Origin: Ruditapes philippinarum
Lineage: Eukaryota
Direction of reading: 5' to 3'
DNA length: 64,000 nt
Assembly: GCF_026571515.1 (NCBI RefSeq)
Contig: NW_026859747.1
Coordinates: forward strand, 248,001-312,000
Shown: positions 50,295 through 64,000 of the stretch, piece after piece
Position numbering within the stretch: position 1 is the first letter of the stretch
Layout: every line of letters starts with the position of its first letter
Translations under genes and position numbers: made by a program
Notes under the pieces: model-generated
Told to the model about the DNA's origin: nothing
What the model saw: the letters and a program-made list of their open reading frames with translations, nothing else
Databases searched by the model: none

Positions 50295-52831
50295 ATTACA
50301 ATTATTTCTGTTGATACAATGCATGCTTTGAAAATTCAGCTTTACCAGTCACCCTTATCTTTATCAGACACCTCAACAATACACATATTGAACTTGACGG
50401 AACTACTTTCATCGGGTCATTTCCAGTCCACTGTATACATTGGATACTACAAATACTTCGTATTTTGATACTATTAAAATAAAGCATAAACACAAAAAAG
50501 TATTTCCTTTTTTATGTTTATTATGTTTTATTCCTAAACACTTTTAAATAAGTTCCTCTGTATTTTTCAATTACTTTTTGTCCTTCTTATATAAAAATAA
50601 GTTATTAATATTATGAAGAAATTATCAGCTTGTCATATGATTTAAAAAATGTCTTATTATTTGGGACAAATCACTTTTATTCAACTTTGGATCAGCTGAA
50701 AACACAACATGTTGAAGAAATAGATCAAGGCAAAAAGTCGATCAAATGTATATAATCAAAGGTTTACTTGGTGCCATAACACCAGTGGCAAAATCAAATA
50801 ATTGCCTTCATTTTAGAAAATTATCATATTTTAAAGTATTAATCATTAATTTCAATTTGAAAATGACAGCAAAGCAATATATTCCCTCAGATTCAAAAGA
50901 GTATCTATCACTCATCAAACCAAACATATGTCAGACCAAATACCGAAGGGTTCCGTGATAACCGCCGTATGACAACATCTGCGGATGTTTCTTTATTCAA
51001 ATGTTCACCATTACCATGACTAAATGTTGCATTCTGCTTAAGCCGGTGCTGAAGGCGTGGACGATAACTTGCACTTCCCATTACCGTCCAGGAGCATGAT
51101 CAGGCAAAATTTACAATGCGTTCTTAAGGATTCCCTTTTGATTATTGTGATATAATGCACACTTGCATAAGCAAAAAAAGCATTAGAAAACTGTTTTTCT
51201 TTGTTTAAAATGAACATCAAAAATGTCTTCAGGGAAACATGTACAAAATCGTTTTTGATTCGATGTAAGAATTATCGATATCAAAATATATCGAGTTTGT
51301 ATATAAAATATATATTCAGATTTGAATGTATTCAATTCTAAATGCCATATAAATATTGTATGTATTACAATTTTTGTTCGTTCGGGAATAACATATATGT
51401 AATGTAAGCATTGCAACGTCTAATCACCAGTATAACATTATCTTTAGAAATTATTATACATTATTGATACGCAGTTTCTAGATTCTAAATCGCATTTAAT
51501 GCGAAATTTTGTCGAGACAGGAAAAGTTTGGTTCCAGGCATTAAAAATTTTGTAATATTAAAACTAAAAAATTGAAAAGAAGGCATGAAAATGGCAAAAT
51601 TGAAAATATTGCAGGCTCGGTTTAATTGAGTCTGTTTATGGACGGTACTGGCAAGTGCAAACTACCGTCCATGCCTCCTAGCACAGCTTAAGCAGTATTC
51701 AACATTTAAACATGTATTGTTAACATTTTTGAATAAGAAACATCAGCAGATGTGTTCATACAGCCGGAATAATAGAACCTTCAACGTGCCAGTCCATGAA
51801 AAGCGGTGTAGTCCCCAAGTTAAAGAAAGCGTTTGCCTTAAACGAGAAAACAACTAGAAACCTTTAGTTTTTACATAACGCGCTTGTCTCTCAAAATACC
51901 GGCGAATAAACTATTCGCGCTATCAGAACTCTGAGGAAGCGCGTTTATCGCATCACTTCATTGGCTAAAACGCATTTTTTTTACCGAAATCCATATTTTG
52001 AATACATTAAATTTTATATTCTAATAATATATATCCCTAGAAGAACTTAAAAGATGTCACACTACTGAAATGAATGAAACCCTTTACGCATCAAAGGGCA
52101 CACGATTAAGATCTACTTTGAAATATGATTAATTTAAAATGATAATTTTTTTTTCCCAAAACAAACAAATGTGATTATGTTTTTTTTTAACTTAATTTCA
52201 CAAATCAATGTCTTTCATTTATATTGTTTTCTTATTTAACATTATTAGAGCGATCAGTAATCACATGTGTAACCTTATGATAGCCAATAGAATGTTGCAG
52301 GTACTGTTTAGCAAGAGACACAAAAACCATCAACTTGCCAAAACGCATTTAAAATTCAAGAGCTATAATCATTCAAGCAGAAAACCCATGTATTAAGCGC
52401 AAGTTCTTGAGATCCCGATCAATCCCGTTAAGTTTAATTGAAATGGCATTAGTGGTGTAAGAGGAGTAGATTGGACAAACTTTACGATTAAAAATCAATA
52501 AAGGGTCATTACAGACGGACGGACGGACAAACGACAGAGAATTGATCTGTATATGTCGCCGTTAATCAGCAGCAGATAACACAAAGTGATACATTTTATC
52601 AGCCGACTCATTAAATGAATATTAATAAGATTTATTTGTTAATTTTAAAACTATTCTATTCACTGCACTGCTGACGCTGAATGAAGTAAAAAAGCTATAA
52701 TCGCTACGCGAGTTATCCGATCAACTTGTCTCGACTGAATGGTCGTATATATTAATAACAATTCAGACAACGAAAAAGAAAAACTAGTCTGACAACAGAA
52801 TCACTACTTATAGGTAGCCTCTTAAAGAATC

Positions 52832-55800
52832 ATGGTTGCATGGATACAAACGGCTGTAGTATGGGGACTGTTTTTCGCTTATACATCTGGAAATGTAGTA
52901 TGCAATGAAAACCGTATTGGAATAGGTATGTTATTTTCTTGATAAATGTAAATAATGTCAAATTTTTAAACAATATTTTGTATTGATTTCATTTTAATTT
53001 CAATTTCTTAATCGTTAGCAAAATGTATAATATTATACAAAAATAATTGGAAATAGCTGACTCAATTTAATTGAGTTTTGATTATTCCAGTGAAACATCG
53101 CAACACACTTTCACACTCCCGAACGCCGTCTTAAGCAATATTCAATCCGACATACATAATAAAATTATAAAATAGGTGTTACATGTCTTGCTTGTTTGTT
53201 GTTGTTGTTTTTTTTTTGGTTGCTGTTTTGGTTGTTGTTCTGTTTTTTTTTTAAATAATATATCTTGGACTATAGAAAAACAAAAATCAATACTTTGATA
53301 TTTGTTCATATTTGTTTTGAGGATAGAAGCCGAACAACAACAACAACAACAAAAGGCTGTTCCCTTTGATATCAGGACTTCATTTTTTAAGAGTAATATG
53401 AACATTCCACGGAATTCCCTTACGATAGATTGTTCTATGTTTTAGGACAAACCAAAAAACGCCGCTTGATTTTTATTATGATTTCGAAACGATGTTAAGA
53501 AGTTATAAATGATATACTTGAATAAGGAATTTAGTTCGAAACAAAATTTGGAACATATCAATTATAAATAAATTTTGGTCTACAATCTAAATTTTCAATA
53601 GGCATACAAGGTATGGGTTGTAATATTTAAATAAAGTCTCTATTATTATTATTATTATTATTTTATGAAGCGAAACGATATTGTCTATTGGTTCAAATAT
53701 GATACATGCCCTACAATATTTCCAATTGATAATCTATATTTAACAAATAAAACATGGCCTTGAAGGCAATATGCAAGTTAACGGACTGGTTGGTCAGAAT
53801 GAGGAAGGTTTATGGCCCGAATAATAAATAACAAATTACGTTCAATTAAAGAAATACATTCAAGTCATTGTTGCTGTATTTTCAATAATATAGTTATGTC
53901 ATATCAACGCCATATTGCTTCTTTTGATTCCTGCGTTTCTATTCAGCGGAAATGCAAATTAAACATGAAGTTAAAAAAAGATATCACCGGCAACAAATAT
54001 TGCTATTATAATTAGCTAGAAATACATGTATATGGAATTTTAGAATGATCATTTTACTGAGTTATCAGTACTGAAACTGAAAAAGACTACACATCAATCA
54101 ATTAATAAAAGTCACGATAACTTTATTGTAATACATTTTTTTTAGTTTGATTTTTTTTCAATTTAGTTTTATTGAATTCATACGTTGAAAATTTAAAAAC
54201 TGTACTTAATTTAAGTAAAGCCTTTGTAAAAAGTCAGGTATTTTTGTTTTGAATTTTTACACACAATCTTAATACGAAATAATGTAGCTAGTAACAATAA
54301 AACAGTCGTTTACAATCTGTTTCCAGTAAAAAGGTACACAATTTGATATAAATTTGGTTCCAAAATAAAAAAAGACTGTCCACTCAGTCCTTTTTTACCC
54401 TTATTGGCAGTAAACATTAAGGTTGTTTTATACAAATGTTAAATGCCTAAAATATCAAGTTACTTTTTTGCATATAATTTTATTGAAAATTTGATTTAAA
54501 GATCCTGTTACACATTTTTTCATGGTTTTATTTCATAAATATGATGCTCAAATTAAGATTTGTCCAATAAGCACTATTTATAAAGATATTACCCAATTTA
54601 ACATTTCATGTAAATAAAGGGAGGTAATTTGAAATTTATTTTCTATAAAGTCTAAGTCAAATTTTCCAATAAGAAATGAATGCATATAATTTATTGATTA
54701 AATATAATGTGCCCAAATATTTGCAGTACACATTTTACATATTTTAGGATGTTTGAAATTGTTTTATTTGCATAATTATATACATATAAATGTTTTTGCA
54801 AGTGTGGTATACACACAGTAACAATATCAATCACAAGGCATACAGGACCTTTAACACATGAAATAAATAGATACGTTTAACAAACATATTGTTCGATTGA
54901 TCAAACAAAATAATTCCGATAAAAATCCTGTATAAGAACTCTTTCTTACATCGAAAAGTAAAATGTGCAGTCGACCGAACGGTTGTATGATCATGACCTA
55001 CCTTACCAAATTTTATATATATTTTTTTTCAAAATAAGGAAACGATCGAACAAAAATGCTAAATGAAAAGTACATTTCATTAGATAAAAAAAGACATGTT
55101 ACATGACATGAAAATATAAAATTGACATTTTGCTCGATCAATCGAAAAAAAAAGACCGAATAAAATGTCTTGTATAAGACAATTGGTTCGTTCGATCGAA
55201 CAAAAATGCTATACAAAAGCAGATTTCATTAGATAGAATATATATAATATCGGATTATAATTTAGTAAGTTTTGTATTTCAGACATTGAGCTAAATTGAG
55301 TAAATTCACGTTTGATGTACATATCACCCGTTATTAATTGTGTTCATATTCGTATTTTGATATTTTTGTAGTATTTGTAAACCGTATACTATACTTTTCT
55401 TACGTAATTTAAGTATGTTATATCCGCCACGGTAGCTTAGCGATGAACATGCATTTGTTTCTGCCAATAAAATATTTTACTTGATTTGTTATAAAACAAA
55501 ATCAGTTTCTAGAATATCGTTATTTCCGTTATAAAAGCTCTGAAACTCGATTCAATTCCTTTGTCTGTCCATTTATTCTAGGATTTTCTTTTCATATGTA
55601 AATCTCACATTGAAAATATGCTATTAGTTTAATTGCTGCTGTATGATATTACTGAAAATGTATAATATTTTAAATCTCATAATGTCTTGTCTCTGTAGAC
55701 GTTATCATAATTATTCCGGGAGCATTATTGTACATTTTTCTCTACCTTGTCATTATGTACTGATTTGTAAAAAAATCAACCTATTAATTTATCAAACTAA

Positions 55801-58800
55801 CATTTTACGACAAACAGCAATCTGTCTTTGTTATCATTGCAATAGACAAGTCATAAAATAGTTCGTTATGAAAAGGGTATTAATTATATGCTATCTGTAA
55901 TTTCTCTAATATCAAATAAATGCTATAACGTTTGTACTTTGTATTTTGGCAGCATTATATTACTGTAATAAAAACAGAAAGAAATAGTTCGTTTTGAAAT
56001 ATGAAATTATATATAACTACAACGACCTAGGCTCAAATAATACATTGCCTAAGTTTTGAATTTGGAACAATTTATTTGAAGTTTTAAGAATTTCAATATT
56101 AAAATACAAGACAATAATCAAAAATTTGGACCCTATGTGCATACCAGTTTACTCATTACTGGTGGCAAATGTTTGTTATTTGCGATCCAACAACTAAAGG
56201 GTTAAATCAAATATTATATATCTTAACAAGGTTCAGTACACTCTACAGCGGCACTTCACATTAGTACAAGTATCTGAAAATGGTTATAAATTATTCAAGA
56301 TAAAGAAACATTTGCAGAAGACTTAACATGTAAGCAGGCTAGCCAGGCTGTAGAGTCGCAAAGGGAAGACACCGTCGGTTCCAGCGGACCAATTGTTAAC
56401 GTAAATAATTATTTTTCAGTAACCACCGTATGTTTTTACGACTTTTAATGCTAGGGGCATGAACTGTAGCTTTCGAGACTGCAGTATTTCAGTTTAGCTG
56501 TTTTGGTCGTACATGTATTTTACATTTAAATCTTAAAAAAATATAAGTACGTTTGTACCACATATGTTGGTTCGAAAATAGTAAGAGATTATTTGAAATT
56601 AAGAAGCATCGACGGAAGTCTCAACCTTGCATTTCTTTGTGGTCGTTAAGTAATAGAATGCCCTAAACAAAAACACAACAATAACCGAAAAATGTATCTT
56701 AAATTAAATTGCGGAAGGGTATCAGAAGAAAATACGTTTCTATATCGTATATAGATGTCAATGGACCAAAAACAACAACAAAACAACAATAGCAACAACA
56801 AAAACAATGCAATTTAACCAAACGTTGATTATACAGTTATTTCTAGTATACAGGAACCATTTGCAGAATAATGCCTTTTGATGACATTTATTCAAACTTA
56901 GGCTTTTTATTTTGCAACAAAATCAATGACATTGTTTAGATATGTATGTAAAAACATAAGTGAAATGATGTTGAATAAAATAATAAAGGGGCACAGATAA
57001 ATGCATGTTTTACATTGGCAGGTATAATTGGTAAAGGGGACAATTTTGTAGAGACAGAAACAACTTCGAAGCAAAGATGTGATATTGTGTTTGTTAAACA
57101 TCTCATTGATACTACGCAAACTTTTCTTTTATCACGGTCAGGTATACAGATATTTATCTCTTATGCTATTTGATATTAATATTGAATATTGTATTTTGAT
57201 CTCGCATAATTGAAACAATTATCAGTATAGAAAATAGAAATAAAAGACAGCAGCATCATTTGTTACAAAATTTGCCCTGATGGATAAGGATTTTACAAAA
57301 CACTTGGTAAATGCAAGACAGGCTTTTGTAGCTTTAACCTATTTTCTTAGGCTGCAACATTTTAAATTAAAATTAACGCACATTATTATATGCAGAATAG
57401 AATTTACATTTTTTCAGGTAAATTAAATATTTTACTTTGTAAATTCATTACCTCGTTTCAACAATTTTTCTTTTCCTGAAGACTTTTTATTTAATTTTAC
57501 TGCAATATCCATTTTTTTCTAACATATGCATTACACAAACAAACCTTTGGAAGTTTTGTTAAACATATTATTTTAACATGTGAACAATATTTACAAAATA
57601 CATATTGGGATTGGGCATAAAGTTATAAAGCAATCCAAATTACATAGCCTCGGTAAAACAGTTTAATAAATAAAAGACATTTGTATAATCATAAAAAGTA
57701 AAATAATGGTATTAATGACAATAAAGATTTGAATAATTGTAATTTTATAAATCCCATCAGTAAATATGATACATTTATATACATAAATTAGCAGAACAGA
57801 CTTGTATTTACCGAGATCGTGTTACATGTGAAATGTTTTTTTTTTCTGTTTCAAGATAAACACGGGTAATGACTAAAAACTACATTGTACCTTAAATTTA
57901 TCTATTTAACATAAAATCGTGACATATATAATCCATGCTTTTATTTTAGTTCAAATACTAGACAACAACCCAGATGTCGATGTTATTATGCTGCTAGATT
58001 ATGACAGGGATGTTCTGAGAATGCCAAATATTTTGATAACAAAACACAAGAAGCTGATAAAACTTGGTGCAAGATCTACTAACATTGTGAAGGTAATGTT
58101 TATAAAATGATTTGTATTGGTTAGCTCCGTTGATCGGGTTTCGGAGCATGTGATATCGCTGATAATGCGTATTCGTTTTTACCCTTGTAAAGCACAATTA
58201 TTGCAAATGATTATATATTTTCCCACATAGTCTCTGGAAGCGTCGATGGCAAACATATTCGTCCACCCGCTCAGCTAAATAGGAAGCATTGGATTTGTAA
58301 CCCAGGTGTTTAAGGTACAATCATCGTGCGAGTATATATCAATGTCAGATATTCACTCAAATGGCTATTTGGGTTTTACTACTGATTCACAAATGATCGG
58401 TCACTTGCCGAGAAATTGGAGATTACTGGTTAGTTATCCTGGAAAACATTAGGTACATTGACGGCCGTTACAGATTTCAAATTCCCTGCTATACAATTAT
58501 ATCATACAATACAAGACTATAAAAATTAAAAAATATTTGAATCTGATCTTATCATTTAAAACTTAATTTGATATTTTTTAAGGAAAACAAAAAATTTAAA
58601 AAAAATCATTGTGCATTTATTTCATTTTATTTTATATTGAATTACAAATATAAATAGTAATAAGTTCAAATAACTTACCATAAATTTATTCCAGTGTTTG
58701 ATTTTTCTCAGTTATTTTCTTTTTTATACATGCGTTTTCATTGACTGTATGAATATTTTCCAAGCTGACAATTATGTATGTTCAGAGTTCTAAAAGCATT

Positions 58801-61800
58801 TTGAAGCCCCTTCAAAACATTTCATGCATTGCTAATTTTCAAAAGCAGAACTTAAGTACATTTTGTATCAAAATAACTCTCAAACAAACAGTCAAAGTCT
58901 TAGAAGTAGCAAAGAAGTTTCTAGTACCAAATACTATCAAAAGAAAGCACTTAAACAGCCCTGGTGCTTCAATTGAAGCACATACACACAAATTCAGAAG
59001 CTCATTAGAAGCTGGATGAGACTTCAGATGAAGTACGGCTGCTGTTGAAGTAAATACTCTTGAAGTCTCTATTTCTTCAGCTGAAGCACAGGTGGGTGCT
59101 AGTTATGAAACTTCAAGAAATCCAGATGAAGCATTTTAAATTTAGGGGACTTTTGTGAAGTGGGGGCTGCTTTTGTGGCTTGGTTGACATACAATTTAAA
59201 TGTGTTAATAACGAGTAGTGATTCACAAATATTTGATTCAAATATGAAGCAAGAATTTTAATGTTAAGAATTTATAACTTATATTATTATTAATATTCAT
59301 TTATGCACGTCCGTGTATTTTATACTCTTAATATATAAATATATGAATCGAGTAATTACGCGCATGGGCAAAATCTAATATTTTTTCTCGATGCGTATTG
59401 TATTAAATTAATACTTAAAATCGTTCAGTTTCAGTGTCGAAATAATACCGGACAGAATGATACAACAAATGTATGTGACCCAACTTCCATGATCACTGAT
59501 ATGTCAAACTCAGACTCGGACATGTATTGCTTAAAAGATCTCAACATTACAAACATGGATAGGTAAAAATTTTAAAAACGTTTTCCTTGGAATGTTATTG
59601 CCTCGGGATTTTAAAAATTAAGAGTAAGGAAATTAAATAAAAATCAATTTATTTTCATTGTTTAATATGCAGGGAAAATAGTTAATCTCGCTTTCAATTT
59701 TGTGTCATTATACAAATTCACTAATTCAATAATGATAATTCTGGAAAAAAAAATCTGAAATTTAATACGTTCAGAACTTCATCATATTGTACACAACTCT
59801 TGAAAGAAAAATGAAGTTCCGTTAAGCAAAAACCTTAATGGAGTCCCTTTAAAGCCTAGTAGCATATCAGTTTTCCATATTCACCGTATTTCCTAAACTA
59901 TATTGTTCATCATGATACGGCAATGAACCATTGGTCCATGGTATTTAATATTAAAAATAGAATAAAACGAAATCACTAAAGAACGCCGACAACTCCAAAA
60001 TTCAAAATGTTGCCGCAAACTTTCTTTGATTGGGCCTTTTCTTGGTCTGTATTGTAAAATGCAAAATTTCGTCAACGACCCCAGCACTATTCAAAATTTA
60101 TTTTACAATACATATTGAATGGTTAAATATGGTTTTGCAACCATCCGCAGATACGTTCTAACGGCTTGTCTGTAAGAAATTGTTTCAATTGTCAATCTTG
60201 TGATAAACAATGCCTGTAAACCACTTCAAAAACCAAATTCAGTCTTGTTATCTTGATGTCTTATCTTAAAGTTTCCTTCCCTTCAGGGACGATATTTTAA
60301 TGAAAATGCCAGTGCCTAGAGCAATACGTGCCATGGTTAAATTGCTGAAATGGCGTTCTGTGATAATATTTTACGAGATCTCAACAGGTAATTAAAGATC
60401 ACATTTTTCTTTATTTTGCTAGACTAATTACCTTACGGCGTGTCTCAAAATTTCAGAAAGTTTCTCCATATATATGTCAAGTTTGTTTAGTTTATGTCTT
60501 TAAATATAGCAATGATCAAATGTTACAGTAATACTAGGCATCTCATGCTAAAATAAATCAAACCATTAAAAAAAGAAATGTCACATTCGAGTCATTTACG
60601 AATTGAAACATTTATTTTATTCTGGTACTTTTAAAAAATAAATCATTTTATTTATGACTTTGCTAGGATTTATTGACATTTAAATAAAAGACTTCTATGA
60701 AATTACTGAAAAAATGTTTTCAATCAAGTGCAATTTTAAAATGAATGGTTAAAATATTGAGAAATAAACCACTAATTGACAATTGAAAAAAAAATGAAGG
60801 AAAAAAAACTTAATATCGGCTTTATTGTTTAATATTGGTAATACCTATTGCTGAAAAAGAAAATATACTTTTCAAAGCCTTTTCCAAAATATTACATTAA
60901 ACGAGAAAGTTAAAAATAATATATACGAAATTGGTTATGACGTTGTTTCACTTGTTGTGCAAATCTGTTCTTTTATTTTAAAAGAAGGTTTATAAGAAAC
61001 TTGACTATCTTGATTTGCTACAGAAATAGAGACAACTCAGCTTGTTGATGGCTTATCAAAAGAGCGTGTAATTTTTGCAATGTTTGACGTCGAAAAAGTT
61101 CAAGATGCGCTTCACACTCTGAGTGAAATATATGAAAAGAAAAGAGAGGTTAAGGAAAGTGTAGGCGTTGTTCTTATGTGCAGGTTTGACAATGCGAAGA
61201 AACTTTTAAAAGCAGTAAGTACTGGCAACACTGTTTATTATATTTTTAAATTATTTTTTGTAACGGCTCACGGGTAGTCTCATACGTTATTTACTATTCA
61301 CCAGATTGCTTTCAAGAAGTAAACTATTTATTCAATAGTCAATCACATATTCATATCAATGGAACTTAACTTGGTTTTTCGTTTCGGAGTAGAGGCAAAA
61401 TGCTACCCACCGAAACCAATTATACAAACCAACGATTTGTAAGTACATTTGATTGTGCAAAATGAAATAATTAGTAAATTTCTTTTGCATTGTACTTGTT
61501 CGATTTTCATTTAATCATAGGCAAATCAGTTTGATATAATTAACCACAAAAAGACGCTTCTCACGATGTCTACGAGATGGTTGATTGCTCTGTACGATTA
61601 CAGCCGAAAAGCTTCGAATTTACTAAAGAAGTTCTCAAATAACCTCGACAACGTTGTAATTCTCGCTGTTCCAAAGTTTCAAACCATGGATATTGAAGTA
61701 TGTATCACTTTCTTTAATTGCATAATGCTATAATATAGAAAACATAAAAAAGTAATTTTATAGTTGAGCTATAAAATAGCATCCGTCTTTTGTCTAGAAA

Positions 61801-63568
61801 AACGCCAAATATGACACCTTGGTGATACTTTTTACAGCCGTCACACGGCACAAATAACAGTGATCTGACCATAAAATAAAGGCAAAACATAATCCCTAAC
61901 GGGTGTTCAAAAAGGCAAAATTGAAAATGTTGTAGGTTCTATTTAATCGAGTCTGTTCATGAACGGTAGTGGTAATTGCAAGCAACCTTCTACGCCCCAC
62001 CACCACAAGAACCGGCTTAAAAACAATTCAACATTCAACATGAAATGGTAACACTTGTAAATGCACTTACTCAGTTCCTTTTCAAAAAATTGATGAACTA
62101 AATTAAAGTGAGGGACTACTTAAAGGAAATAAACATGTATTCATAAATTTAACTTGCTCATTTAATAACCTTGTACTAAAGCTTTGCTCTGGTTTAATAA
62201 TCTTATATTAACAATGATAGTGTTCGTCGCGGTATAGCAAGTTATGTGTTGATATGCCGTCAAACAAACAAACTAGCAAAGTACCTCTGGTGAGAGATGC
62301 ACGGCTATCAGAGCCCTTTTGTTAAACGCAGTACCATATAGTGGCATATACATATGTACATTAATTGTTGAAAGGAATATCTAGTTAAATATCACAAAAT
62401 CATATGATTTGAACATGTTTGAACAAAACATTTCTTAATGTGTGCGTGTGTCTGTGTGCGTGCTCGCGCGTGTGTGTGTGTGTTTGGTTTTGTTTTACGG
62501 CGCTCCAAAAAAATTATGTTAGTATGGAAAACGCATTTTGGCCTCAGGTGTTACAAACTTAAATGCAACACAGCGGGTCAGAACCACCTAACCTGCTGGA
62601 GGTCAGAGATCAGAGACGGTTATAATTCGAACCCATTTATTCGTCTTCAACGATCACGCAGGAATTTAACGGTGATTGCAATTGTAATGCCTCAACCCTA
62701 AAGGCCACAAGATAAAATTTGAAAAGAAGTTTGAGAAAATTGACATAAGAATGTAAGACATTGAATTAAAGTCAATTTTAAATATTGAAATTTTATAATA
62801 TTTTATATTTATATTTGAACGTATTTAGGAAGACACTTGTGAAGGGAATTTCACTGATTTCTATGCCAGCTACAACATATACTTGTATAACGGTAATTAC
62901 ATGAATAAATTACGTTTTATTTAAGGCATTATGCAAGCATGTCGAATCTACTATGCATGGTGCTTTGAGGGAAGAAGTAGTTGATACAAATTTCAATGCC
63001 TTTAAAGTGAGATTCATCACCGCATTGGAAAGGGTAGGTTAGAAAAGGTTACAAATCGTTACGCTTGCTTAATGTATATAATAAATTCAGGTAGGTCTTT
63101 TTCTGTCACAGTTCCGTTTGTTTCAAACTCAATATCAGTTTTAAAAATTACTTTGATATAACAACCATGCTATATGAGACACATTATGAGTTACCTTTCC
63201 TTATATGTTCATCGTAGACTTATCATAAATATCTGATTCACATAACAAGTACACTTATCAAAGAATACCTATCATCGCAAATTATAGACAAACAGATTCT
63301 TGCTGAGTTTTACTTTGACGGTCCAGGGTTTTCATGCTTCATGTAGTTTTATACATTCTAATGATTGTTTTAGGAAGCGAAATATTGGAATCCAACCAGC
63401 AAATGTAAAGGTTACCATATAGACACGCTGATGTGGACGAATAAAGGGAGAGAATTCAGTCGTATTGGCTATACGGATTTTAACGGCAATGTTGCCGCTT
63501 TGTCAGACATTTTTCCAAACACAAAATACGGATACAATAGGAGATCGTTTCTTGTTTCTACGCTCTCT
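52832..63568 (+). CDS. Ionotropic glutamate receptor / ionotropic receptor (IR)-like gene, 5' part (signal peptide, ATD, start of ligand-binding S1); continues past the window end
   Basis: Phase-consistent exons: 52832-52925 (MVAWIQTAVVWGLFFAYTSG, signal-peptide-like), 57022-57141, 57950-58092, 59429 (or 59435)-59562, 60287-60387 (RAIRAMVKLLKWRSVIIFYE, the LIVBP/ATD W..v.iiYe motif), 61024-61214 (VVLMC...AKKLLKAA), 61521-61697, 62926-63033, 63374-63568 (TLMWT..GREFS.IG...IFPNTKYGYNRRSFLVSTL, ATD-to-S1 junction). Pore and TM region not in the window. Confidence 0.72.
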
Positions 63569-64000
63569 GTAAGTGTTATATATTTATTTATGATGTAATA
63601 AAACGTACCACTTTATATAATGTGTCTTCAGTTACAAAGATAGAAATGTAAATCAACTTTAGCTTGCTATATCCTTTTAATCTTTGCAAGAGAATTTTTT
63701 TGTTCAATACAGGCTGTTATTTATTGCTTAAATATAAATTCTAAAAAGTGTATACTATGTCAAGAACGATCTAGATTATTTTATATTAAAAGGGGATATT
63801 GAATAAGGGTAGGTTCAATACGGAATTTATTGAATGAGTTGAAAAATAGTTATCATATTGTGCGAGCTTTCAGCAAGCATAATACATGTACATGTATATT
63901 CTCTTTATAACATATGCAAAACAAGAATTATTTACAATAAAAAGAAACACACACTTTTAAATTGACGTATTTTTAATGTAACGCTAACATTTAGCGCATA

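Noticed and set aside
56230-56335. Possible extra exon of the iGluR-like gene
   Set aside because: All frames from the candidate acceptors hit stops before the GTAAG donor; exon 1 joins 57022 in phase without it.
58786-59150. Exon-like, AG-preceded ORF in the iGluR-like intron
   Set aside because: It ends in a stop, is rich in CTTCA/TGAAG motifs suggestive of transposon subterminal repeats, and the flanking exons 58092 and 59429 already join in phase.

Overview
AT-rich, intron-rich animal DNA, most likely a bivalve mollusc (inferred from gene families and repeat style), with one assembly gap at 31374-31522. Almost all short ORFs in the track are spurious. The real genes are spliced and were rebuilt by hand from GT-AG boundaries and codon phase. 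On the + strand: (1) the 3' part of a STRA6-like membrane receptor gene (422-7527); (2) a tandem 17-exon STRA6-like paralog (11987-28013) with the same exon sizes but a disrupted exon 14; (3) a divergent 14-exon MFSD1-like lysosomal MFS transporter (40680-48675) with a decayed mariner element in intron 8; (4) the 5' part (signal peptide plus amino-terminal domain) of an ionotropic glutamate receptor/IR-like gene (52832 to beyond 63568). The most unusual object is a ~6.6 kb TIR-bounded PIF/Harbinger-ISL2EU-like DNA transposon (32011-38638). It encodes one intact, spliced ~679 aa Zn-finger/HTH/DDE transposase fused to a C-terminal SWIM-type finger. It also carries a 116-bp tandem array with RFX X-box-like motifs, a Pol III/tRNA-like cassette upstream of the gene, and a TTAA-flanked MITE nested in its intron. 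The window also holds several MITE families, a dispersed multi-hairpin repeat, a tRNA-derived LTR-like unit with a primer-binding site, and a perfect 36-bp-arm palindrome. No CRISPR array or intact tRNA/rRNA gene was found.
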